A stretch of DNA of 32,000 nt, taken from Promethearchaeota archaeon. Lineage in GTDB: Archaea > Asgardarchaeota > Lokiarchaeia > Sigyniarchaeales > Promethearchaeaceae. The stretch's first letter is position 1. The number at the start of each line of letters is the position of its first letter. Of this stretch, positions 19,855-27,984 are shown piece after piece. The stretch covers positions 30,001 through 62,000 of the forward strand of contig JAFGBS010000021.1 of NCBI GenBank assembly GCA_016933055.1, written 5' to 3'. Below the pieces are notes generated by a model. The model ran no database searches and was not told the DNA's origin. It saw nothing but the letters and a program-made list of their open reading frames with translations. The position numbers were made by a program, and so were the translations under genes.

Positions 19855-19890
19855 TGTCAAGTGTACTTGACATATCAAGTTTACTTGACA
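19855..19890. promoter_or_regulatory. Two abutting 18-bp palindromic operators
   Basis: 19855-19872 TGTCAAGT-GT-ACTTGACA (perfect arms); 19873-19890 TATCAAGT-TT-ACTTGACA (one mismatch). Located between the divergent SDR and bPH_2-HTH genes. Confidence 0.85.
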
Positions 19891-19920
19891 AATGTTGGAA
19901 TCAAAAAATAGGAATAGAAA

Positions 19921-20757
19921 ATGTCAGAAAAAAACCAAGAAAATGAATATATAGGTGACATACAGCGGGATTATGTCCGAAAAGAAGTTCTGAAATCTCT
20001 AATAATCTCGATGCTCATCTGTGGAGGATTGTTTGGGTTTGTTTTTACTCCTTTGTATTTTGAAGGGGCTCCTTCTTGGGCATTTAATACCCTTTATCTT
20101 AGCCTGGCAGCAATATTTTTTCTGTTAAACCTCATTGTGTATGTCTATGAGATCGCTTTTTGGAAATCATTTACCTATCGAATTAGTACTCAGTATATTC
20201 GCATCAATAGCGGTGTCTTTACGAAGTCGAAAACAACCATCCCTTTTAGTCGAATTCAAAATATAAATATTGCACAAGGTGTGTTTGACCGAATCTTTGG
20301 ACTACACACCGTGAAAATCGAGACAGCGGGAAAAAGTGCAGGTCAGCAGCAAGGCGGACCCATTAAACCTGAGGGATATATACCGGGTGTTAGAGATCCT
20401 ACTCGAATAACAGAAATAATAGATCAGTTGGTGGATAAATACACACAAAAAAAAATGGATGCGGGGATAGGGGATTACATTTTCGAAGACACTAACCTTG
20501 CTTTTGATGAATTTATTGCATATATCCTATCAAAAATGCTGGAGGGGCATCAATTGAAAACTCGTGTAAAAGAATTAAGAGAAAAACAAGTATTATCACA
20601 AGCACAACTCGCAGAAGAAATTGGAGTAAGTCGTCAAACTATTAATTATCTAGAACGAGGAAAATATGTCCCTTCATTGACTCTAGCGATGAAGATAGCG
20701 AAATTCTTCAAAATACCGGTTGAGAAAATTTTTGAATTGGAAGAACAAGACGAATAA
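19921..20757 (+). CDS. Membrane 2TM + bacterial PH (bPH_2/YdbS-like) domain fused to C-terminal XRE/Cro HTH regulator
   Basis: Two TM helices, then TYRISTQYIRINSGVFTKSKTTIPFSRIQNINIAQGVFDRIFGLHTVKIETAG (bPH_2 signature). C-terminus VKELREKQVLSQAQLAEEIGVSRQTINYLERGKYVPSLTLAMKIAKFF is an HTH_3. Confidence 0.9.
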   Translation: MSEKNQENEYIGDIQRDYVRKEVLKSLIISMLICGGLFGFVFTPLYFEGAPSWAFNTLYLSLAAIFFLLNLIVYVYEIAFWKSFTYRISTQYIRINSGVFTKSKTTIPFSRIQNINIAQGVFDRIFGLHTVKIETAGKSAGQQQGGPIKPEGYIPGVRDPTRITEIIDQLVDKYTQKKMDAGIGDYIFEDTNLAFDEFIAYILSKMLEGHQLKTRVKELREKQVLSQAQLAEEIGVSRQTINYLERGKYVPSLTLAMKIAKFFKIPVEKIFELEEQDE

Positions 20758-20766
20758 TCATAATTT

Positions 20767-21480
20767 TTACTTTCTTTTTTCATCTAACACGTATTCTAGA
20801 ATTTCTCGAATAGGTATCAACTCATGCACCACAAGATATTCTTTTGGTTTCTCCTCACCTGAAGTTCTCATTCGTGTTTGTTCCATCTCATAGATGTAAT
20901 CCCGTTCAAAAATGAGAAATCTATTTCGATAATCTATATATTCTTCTTTAGTTAAAAAAATGATACGGGGAATACAGGTATTATAACGATATTTTTCCTC
21001 GACAAATTCTTCTGTTATATCTTTTTGGGTGATATTATCATAGAAATCGCTGATATACATCAAGATTTGCTGGTTTGTTTCTTGAATATAGGTAAATAAT
21101 CGCAAATTAATTAGGAATTCTTCATGTAAATGTTCTATAAACTCATGTGGACTAACTTGCTTAAGATCTTCATAGGTTCTTCCTCTATATCCTCGTTTTT
21201 TCCTAGCAGAATAAATTTTTTGTTTGATAGAGCCACGATAATGTTGCTGTCGTACATCGATGAGTCCAATTTTGATAAGTTCTTTTATGTGTTTAGAAAT
21301 AGTCGATTTTGCTTTTCCCATCTTAGCAGATAATTCAGTTAGAGTAAGTTCTGGAAAAATCAATAACATCATTAATATTCTTACTTTTAAACCAGAGTCT
21401 AGAATTTTTGCATGCTTTTCTGAATCTAATCTAATTTGGTTTTCTAATGAGTTTTTAGAATTATTACTACCTATATCCAA
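20767..21480 (-). CDS. ArsR-like winged-HTH transcriptional regulator with C-terminal extension
   Basis: KVRILMMLLIFPELTLTELSAKMGKAKSTISKHIKELIKIGLI wHTH, RG..KQKIYS wing; TTG start. Confidence 0.85.
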   Translation of the reverse strand: MDIGSNNSKNSLENQIRLDSEKHAKILDSGLKVRILMMLLIFPELTLTELSAKMGKAKSTISKHIKELIKIGLIDVRQQHYRGSIKQKIYSARKKRGYRGRTYEDLKQVSPHEFIEHLHEEFLINLRLFTYIQETNQQILMYISDFYDNITQKDITEEFVEEKYRYNTCIPRIIFLTKEEYIDYRNRFLIFERDYIYEMEQTRMRTSGEEKPKEYLVVHELIPIREILEYVLDEKRK

Positions 21481-21669
21481 TTTTATCCCGATCTTTTGTA
21501 TACTAATTTATCTATTTAACTTATTCTATTTTGTTTTTTCGATATATTAAACGAACATTTAACACTCTGAAACTAAACGTCCATTTTCCATAGGAACATT
21601 GGACAATCTTTTTAAACTTAATGAGCGAAAATCAAGTAGCAAAAAAAATTTGCTCATAGTTTTCAAAAG

Positions 21670-23559
21670 ATGATTGATATGAATAAAACTAAAAAAGCTG
21701 GAATTGCGTTTGGAGTTTTGTTTCTTATTACAGTTGCTGGAATAGTATTAGCTTCTGGTTTTCAAAGCTCTTGGGGAAGTGTAGACGTCTCCATAGTGAA
21801 GATAAATACTCCAAATGGATATACTCTTACAGGGAAATTATATGTCCCTGAGGGAGTGGATAGTTCCAACCCTGCTCCAGGTGTTCTTGCTATTCATGGA
21901 TATAACAATGATAAGGATGTGCAAAGACCTCATTCGATTGAATTATCTAAGAGGGGCATAGTTGTGTTAGCCATTGATGTTCTAAATCATGGTGACTCTG
22001 ATTATGCAAATACTTCAACGGGTTCTGGAAATTCTGCAATACCCTATGAGGCAATGGATTATCTAAAATCCTTGGATTTTGTGGATTCCTCAAAAATAGC
22101 TTGCACTGGTCATAGCATGGGTGCATACTATACACTTTACATTGCACTAGCAAACCCTGATTTGGAAGCAATAGCTCCGATTGCCTTTGCTCCGATAACT
22201 TCATTTTATCCAACATTGAGGGCATTCAATCCGGACCTTGATATTCTACAAGTATCAAGTTGGGGTGAAGAATTCGGAAGAGCATACAATGAGACCATTG
22301 AGGCATTTATGGAAAGATGTTTGAATTCGATTGCTGCCTTTACTGGGGAAACTGCTCAATGGGATTACACATACGGGAATTTTACTGATGGTGCAACAAG
22401 ATTTGAGTTATTGAAGAAAACTCATCCGGGACAGACCCATAGTCGAAAGTCAACAGCTGCGATAACTGCGTTCTTCTTGCAATCTCTGATGGATTATACA
22501 GAAGAAGATGCATTCGCTTCTGCAAACAAGAATAATATGGTATACTGGCTTGCTGATCTTTTCGGAGTTGTAGCCATGGCAGGATTGTTATTCTCTATTA
22601 TCCCACTCGCAATACTTTTAATGCAAACGCATCTTTTTGGTGAAGTATCACAACCTATGCCTAAATACAAAGAAACCTACGCCCCAAAATTATGGGTTTG
22701 GTGGGTGTTTGGGATCGTTAATGCCACAATTGGTACTCTGACCTATATATTCAATACAGAATACTCAAATGATGGACCCAGAAATGGTGATTGGGTGTTT
22801 GACGGCACAATGATTAAAAATTTCGCTCCTAATATCTGGCGAAGTGGAATAGCTAATGATTTCCTCTCTTTCTTTGTAGTAAATGCAGGAGTGATGATTT
22901 TAATTGTCCTATTTTGGTATTTTGTAATATACCGTAAGAAACGCGTAGGATTTTACGATTTAGGTGCAAACTATAGTATGCCAACGGACGAGTTTGAAGG
23001 TGAGAAACCTCATGGATGGCGAATTTTTGGAAAAACGATATTCTTAGCATTCATATTGTTCAGTTATATGTATGTAATTACTGCTGTTGCGCAACACTTA
23101 GGTAATGTAGAAATTCGAGGTCCATGGTCTGCCTTTAAGGTGATGACCCCCGAACGGGCTGTAACATTTTGGTACTATTTCCCCGGTGTTTTGTTATTCT
23201 GGATCTTCAACGCAGGAATTTGGATGTTCGGAATGATGCGACAAAAGGAATTAAAAACCGAAGCAGGAACTATTATCGTTTGGTGGCTCAAAATTTGCGT
23301 CGTTATGTTAACCGGTTTAGTGTTATTGAACGTGATCTCCTACGTACCGATGTATTTAGGCTTGACCGGTCCGTACTTGAACAAGTTATCCTTCGCACCC
23401 ATGAACTTATTGCAATTGTGGTCATTTATTCCATACGCAGCAGGTTTTTACCTAGTAGCAATATTTTTCTTCCGAAAAACTGGGAAAATCTGGCTAGGAA
23501 CATTGATGTGCTCTGCAATAACAACCTGGATGATGGTAACCGGTTATATAATGTGGTAA
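21670..23559 (+). CDS. Alpha/beta hydrolase with N-terminal TM and polytopic C-terminal membrane domain
   Basis: GVLAIHGY oxyanion loop, GHSMG nucleophile elbow, candidate His in THPGQTHS; roughly 8-9 TM segments after residue ~290. Confidence 0.88.
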   Translation: MIDMNKTKKAGIAFGVLFLITVAGIVLASGFQSSWGSVDVSIVKINTPNGYTLTGKLYVPEGVDSSNPAPGVLAIHGYNNDKDVQRPHSIELSKRGIVVLAIDVLNHGDSDYANTSTGSGNSAIPYEAMDYLKSLDFVDSSKIACTGHSMGAYYTLYIALANPDLEAIAPIAFAPITSFYPTLRAFNPDLDILQVSSWGEEFGRAYNETIEAFMERCLNSIAAFTGETAQWDYTYGNFTDGATRFELLKKTHPGQTHSRKSTAAITAFFLQSLMDYTEEDAFASANKNNMVYWLADLFGVVAMAGLLFSIIPLAILLMQTHLFGEVSQPMPKYKETYAPKLWVWWVFGIVNATIGTLTYIFNTEYSNDGPRNGDWVFDGTMIKNFAPNIWRSGIANDFLSFFVVNAGVMILIVLFWYFVIYRKKRVGFYDLGANYSMPTDEFEGEKPHGWRIFGKTIFLAFILFSYMYVITAVAQHLGNVEIRGPWSAFKVMTPERAVTFWYYFPGVLLFWIFNAGIWMFGMMRQKELKTEAGTIIVWWLKICVVMLTGLVLLNVISYVPMYLGLTGPYLNKLSFAPMNLLQLWSFIPYAAGFYLVAIFFFRKTGKIWLGTLMCSAITTWMMVTGYIMW

Positions 23560-23569
23560 TCTAAAATTA

Positions 23570-23587
23570 TTTTTTTTTCTTTTTTTT
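23570..23587 (+). terminator. Oligo-T terminator (T9-C-T8)
   Basis: Starts 11 nt after the stop at 23559. Confidence 0.65.
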
Positions 23588-23940
23588 GCAATTAATACCT
23601 ATCAATCAGAGTTTAAGTAAATTTCATCTCTCAATGACATAATGTGTAAAATTAAAATCTTTAGAATTCATAACTGATTGTTTTAGAAGTTTATTCATGG
23701 AGATGGATTTATGTCTATGTATTTACTACAAACCTAGCAATTTATTCCGCTAGGTGCAGTAATGAACTATATAGGATCAACATTCTGCAGTAAAATCGGT
23801 CGAATCTGGTCAGGTACCATACTCTTAGCAGTTCATAAAACATGGGTAATAGTTACTGGAACGGTCATTGACCTGTTTATTTTATAAAATTTAATTTTAT
23901 TCTTTTTTCTATTTCTCAAAATTTTCGTTCATATCTTTTG

Positions 23941-23950
23941 AAAAAAAAAA
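23941..23950 (-). terminator. Oligo-T (T10) terminator
   Basis: A10 on the + strand, 10 nt past the stop of the MBL gene (23960). Confidence 0.55.
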
Positions 23951-23959
23951 TGAGAAATT

Positions 23960-24712
23960 TCAGATTTTAAACTTATAGGAACTGAAATAATTGAGATTAA
24001 TATATGTACATTCAATAAATCGAACGTAGGAAGTTACAAATTGATCATTAGTCGGGGGAATATAATGTATTCCTACGACAAATTTTGGTTGAATGGTGTT
24101 GATTGCATTAACAACCTCCATCTCATACATTGTTTGACAACCGGGACCTAATGGAAGTAAAGCAACATCAATCAATCCCTTAATTTGCTCATATTCAGGT
24201 ATATTCTTAGAATCCCCTGCATGAAAAAAGGTACAATCCCCGCAATCAATAATAAAGCTTGTCCAATTTTCTTCCTTGGGGTGACTAGCAGGATATTCTC
24301 CCACTGGAAGGGTGTACATATAAAAAGCTGTTATGATAATGTGTCCTACCACGATTTGCTCTTCTGGTAGTATCGCATGCCCATCAAATAGGTCTATCGC
24401 ATCCAACATGGTTGCGGGAAAGACGTTCATCGTTGTATCTTTCTGTATCTTGTTTATTGATGCAATTTGATAATGATCAGCATGGGGGTGTGTTATTAAC
24501 ACCGCATCAGCTGGTGTATTTTCATATTCAGTTGGTAAATTGATCGGATCTACATAAATCCGAACCCCTTTAGATTCAATCATTACACCTGCATTATCTA
24601 TTAAGGTAAAATGTACGGAATTTATATCTGAAATTACAATTGCAGTAGGTATGGTCACAAAAAGCACTCCAAATACAATACCGAAAAGAAGTAAGAATTT
24701 TTGTTTTGCCAT
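23960..24712 (-). CDS. MBL-fold metallo-hydrolase (Lactamase_B_3/UlaG-like) with N-terminal signal anchor
   Basis: IYVDP, ITHPHADH (HxHxDH), FHAGDS, DVALLP, IHY; hydrophobic N-terminus. Confidence 0.9.
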   Translation of the reverse strand: MAKQKFLLLFGIVFGVLFVTIPTAIVISDINSVHFTLIDNAGVMIESKGVRIYVDPINLPTEYENTPADAVLITHPHADHYQIASINKIQKDTTMNVFPATMLDAIDLFDGHAILPEEQIVVGHIIITAFYMYTLPVGEYPASHPKEENWTSFIIDCGDCTFFHAGDSKNIPEYEQIKGLIDVALLPLGPGCQTMYEMEVVNAINTIQPKFVVGIHYIPPTNDQFVTSYVRFIECTYINLNYFSSYKFKI

Positions 24713-24727
24713 TTATGTTCAAAAATA

Positions 24728-24741
24728 GTTACTCAAGTAAC
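24728..24741. promoter_or_regulatory. Palindrome GTTACT-CA-AGTAAC, candidate operator
   Basis: 16 nt upstream of the MBL ATG, immediately downstream of a TATATAAAAG box (~24743-24752, - strand). Confidence 0.35.
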
Positions 24742-24865
24742 ACTTTTATATATTTCGTTCCATTTGTGTTGGTGCGTTGCCTAAAGTTATAATTTAAAAT
24801 AGGATAGGTAGAAATTGTTTACATGAAATATCTTTAATTTATCTTATTTCAAATTTATTAGTACG

Positions 24866-26347
24866 ATGAAAAAACGTTTCATTATTGCGATAATAATTGC
24901 CAGTACTAGTATAATTGGTTTATTTACTGGAGGATTTCTCTTGTATTCTTGCCGATATTGTTCATTATGCAAAACCGAATTCTCCTCCCCAGCTTATGAA
25001 TTACCAATGGGTTCTCATCATAATCCAACTTTGGATAACGTTAGCATAGTGAATCAGACTATCTTAAATGGACTTGAAACAGCTTTATGGGCATTCACAC
25101 GACTTCGGCGTGCGGATGGATTTCCCTTAGGGAGTCTTGCAGATGGAAGTAAAATGTGGAGTGATAGAGGTCCAAGATGTCCCCTCCTACCTCGAGAATT
25201 CTCGATACAAGAAGGTACACCTCTCGTTGGTGGTATATATCTTGAGATGTATCAGATTGAACCAAATCCAATTTATTTAAGTGTTGCAAAAGATGTCGGA
25301 GATGCATTGCTGGCGGTTCAAGATAAAGAAGGAGGATTTTATTATGATGGACGAAGACGAGGAGATGGAACAGGTTATGATCCTCACCCACACAATATTC
25401 GAAAAAGCACCATTCTCGATGATAACGTCATGCAATCGTGCATGAGTTATTTACTTGATCTATACAATATTACTGGAGATCTAAAATATCTAATAGGATT
25501 TGAGAAAGCAGTTATGTGTCTAAATTCCATTGAATTGCAACACGGTGCATGGAAACAGCGATCTAATTTTCCGATTGATGCTTATCAATCTCAAGCAACA
25601 CTCAATGATAATGCTTTGCATGACGTGGTAATGGTATTATTAAAAGCTCACAATATGTTTCCCGCAAATCCAACATATTTGCAAGCTGCAATTCGTGCAG
25701 GAGAGTTTCTTTTTAGTACACAAGGAAATGGGGGTTCAGCATTTCAAAAAGGGTGGGCTCAACAATATGATGTAAACTTGCAACCATGTTGGGCACGTGA
25801 TTTTGAGCCACCGGCTATTTGTAGTATGCAAACAGCTTCGTCAATTCGAATACTCATGGAACTTTACTTAACAACCAATGATACAAAATGGTTAACTCCC
25901 ATTCCAGATGCGATTACTTGGTTAAATTCCAGTGAAACCAAATTAGGTGAGAATACGTGGGCAAGACTTTATGAACTTGAAACCAATATCCCTATCTACG
26001 GAATAGAAAAAGGAAAACAGAAAAATCCACAGTATGTGTATGATCCTACCGAAGCACGTTCTGGATATTCATGGCAGGGTTCATTTTTAATACCCAGTAC
26101 GATGAATAATTATCAGAAACTTGTTGATTTGTCATTTTCTGCATCAAGTTACAAGGAATGGCGGTCGGAAATACCTGATCTAGAATCTCAAGAAAATCTA
26201 GCATACTCATACATAAAGGTACTAAGTTCGGAAGGGTTTTGGATTACAGAAGGTGTATGGACCGATGAACTTGAAATTATTAGCAGAATTTTTGCGCAGA
26301 ATTGTCAAGAAATCTTATTATACCTAAATTTAACCCTTAATAGCTAA
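24866..26347 (+). CDS. Polysaccharide lyase family 10 (PelA-type pectate lyase-like), N-terminally anchored
   Basis: TLNDNAL, AGEFLFSTQ, GWAQQYD, PCWARDFEPPAICS and ARLYELETNIPIY match PL10/PelA (alpha/alpha) motifs; N-terminal TM followed by CxxCxxC. Confidence 0.8.
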   Translation: MKKRFIIAIIIASTSIIGLFTGGFLLYSCRYCSLCKTEFSSPAYELPMGSHHNPTLDNVSIVNQTILNGLETALWAFTRLRRADGFPLGSLADGSKMWSDRGPRCPLLPREFSIQEGTPLVGGIYLEMYQIEPNPIYLSVAKDVGDALLAVQDKEGGFYYDGRRRGDGTGYDPHPHNIRKSTILDDNVMQSCMSYLLDLYNITGDLKYLIGFEKAVMCLNSIELQHGAWKQRSNFPIDAYQSQATLNDNALHDVVMVLLKAHNMFPANPTYLQAAIRAGEFLFSTQGNGGSAFQKGWAQQYDVNLQPCWARDFEPPAICSMQTASSIRILMELYLTTNDTKWLTPIPDAITWLNSSETKLGENTWARLYELETNIPIYGIEKGKQKNPQYVYDPTEARSGYSWQGSFLIPSTMNNYQKLVDLSFSASSYKEWRSEIPDLESQENLAYSYIKVLSSEGFWITEGVWTDELEIISRIFAQNCQEILLYLNLTLNS

Positions 26348-26373
26348 AATGAGTCATTTTCGACGAGATATCT

Positions 26374-27132
26374 CTATACTTTTTTACTTAGTAAAGCATC
26401 TACAAATTTAGGTAAGGTTTGTTCACTCGGTCCACGCATAAAATAATCACAAATCGGTGTTAATGGAGTGCGGGTTACATTAAACTCTATGAGCGTAGTC
26501 CCTTGCTGTTTAGCGATATGTGGAAAGTTTGCAACGGGATATACCGTCCCTGAGGTACCGATTACCAACATAATAGTGGATCGCTCTATCCAATTCATTG
26601 CCTTTTGAAGGTGTTTTGGATTGATAGACTCGCCAAACCATACTACATCTGGTCTAAGTAATGCATCCTTGCAATAAGGACAGTAAAGAAGACTATCATC
26701 AGCCACAGCGTATTCATGGCTGTCCCATCTTTGAATATGATCGCATTTAGTACAATGTGCATACCGTATACGTCCATGAATTTCTACAATATGCTCAGAA
26801 GAATTCCCAAAATTAATTAAACCGTCCACATTTTGGGTGATTATGCCTAAACTTAATCCCATTTTTTCTAATTTTACCAATGCATCATGTCCAGGATTCG
26901 GTTTGGCAGTTAGAAGAGCTTGCATACGCCACTTATACCAATTCCATACTAAATTTGGGTCTTTTTTGAAAGCTTGAGGAGTTGCTAAATCCAGTGCACT
27001 ATAGGTTTTCCATAATCCATCCTTTCCACGGAATGTGGGCATTCCACTAGCTTTTGATAAGCCCGAACCAACTACTGAAACAATATGAATATCCTCTAAA
27101 TCCAGTTGTTGGACAATATCCGCTGCCTTCAT
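26374..27132 (-). CDS. cobB: NAD-dependent protein deacylase, sirtuin class III
   Basis: GSGLSKASGMPTFRG, WNWYKWR (Tyr/Arg pocket), ITQNVDGL, EIHG, two CxxC, RPDVVWFGE, GTSGTVYP. Confidence 0.93.
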   Translation of the reverse strand: MKAADIVQQLDLEDIHIVSVVGSGLSKASGMPTFRGKDGLWKTYSALDLATPQAFKKDPNLVWNWYKWRMQALLTAKPNPGHDALVKLEKMGLSLGIITQNVDGLINFGNSSEHIVEIHGRIRYAHCTKCDHIQRWDSHEYAVADDSLLYCPYCKDALLRPDVVWFGESINPKHLQKAMNWIERSTIMLVIGTSGTVYPVANFPHIAKQQGTTLIEFNVTRTPLTPICDYFMRGPSEQTLPKFVDALLSKKV

Positions 27133-27134
27133 GT

Positions 27135-27520
27135 ATGAAAATTATTTTGCTTATCTCATAAATTAATCTGGTTATTTTGAAATTTAGTTTGAATCTTTTC
27201 ACTCCTAAATTCCTATTTAGTGAATTCAGTAAATATAAGTGGGTGATATTAGAGAAAACCCAGAGGAGTAAAGAAGATTTTCGTAATTTCTTAACCATAC
27301 TTAAGGAAAAAATCCAAGTAATACATTTTCGTTCTTATAAGGACTATTAAAGAAATCACAAGATAGCACACCAGATCCAAAAGATCTTGTTTATATAGCA
27401 TGTGCTATGGCTATAAAAGGGTATATATGGTCAAATGATCGAGTTTTAAAGGAAGAACAGGATGAGGTAAGAGTAATTACCACTTCAAAATGGATTGAAT
27501 TTCTTTCTGGAAAAACTTAA
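27135..27520 (+). pseudogene. PIN-domain (VapC-like toxin) pseudogene
   Basis: Not in ORF track. ATG 27135 gives MKIILLIS* (TAA 27159), then LFTPKFLFSEFSKY...SYKDY* (TAA 27348). A one-base shift gives LKKSQDSTPDPKDLVYIACAMAIKGYIWSNDRVLKEE...T* (27520). DPKD and IWSND are PIN acidic motifs; the first DxN is missing. Confidence 0.85.
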
Positions 27521-27669
27521 TTTTCATTAGCTTACAATCAACCACTGTTTACGAATTTCCTTATAATGATCTCATAAACTATATTATGCTAAGATGTTCG
27601 TGAAACGTGAATTTCATGCAGAGATGTAATATTGGTATATATTTACCAAGAACATCCGGATCTTTCATT

Positions 27670-27860
27670 CTATGATTTATTTTCCCATATAACTTGTGTA
27701 ATGAAATTAAACGCTTGTTCCACATTAATTCGTGATTGGTGCTAATTTCAAAATACACAACGCATCCTTGAGACTGGGCAATATTGAGAGCTTTCTGCTT
27801 GTGTACTTCAACTAATAAAATGATATCTCATTACGTCTAAAAACGATCTACGTTATTAAA
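27670..27860 (-). pseudogene. C-terminal remnant of a Ras/Rab-like small GTPase
   Basis: Not in ORF track. EVHKQKALNIAQSQGCVVYFEIST plus one restored A gives KSRINVEQAFNFITQVIWENKS* (stop 27670-27672), i.e. G5 ExSxK and helix alpha5 NVEQAF. Upstream FNNVDRF resembles alpha3. Confidence 0.65.
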
Positions 27861-27984
27861 TCTTTTAAATTTTAAAGTGATCACGTATGCGCGTTAAGAA
27901 TGTCTACCCATTTATATTTATCCTGATGTAAAATGCTTTTTTATTAAATAAATTAGATGATTTTATAATCTCAAGAAAAATATC

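Noticed and set aside
23169-23564. 131-aa alternative-frame ORF inside the hydrolase gene
   Set aside because: Almost fully overlaps a well-supported CDS on the same strand and has no motif; treated as a shadow ORF.
23600-23880. Stop-interrupted - strand frame (MTVPVTITHVL*TAKSMVPDQIRPILL...)
   Set aside because: Multiple stops and no family motif; indistinguishable from random intergenic sequence.
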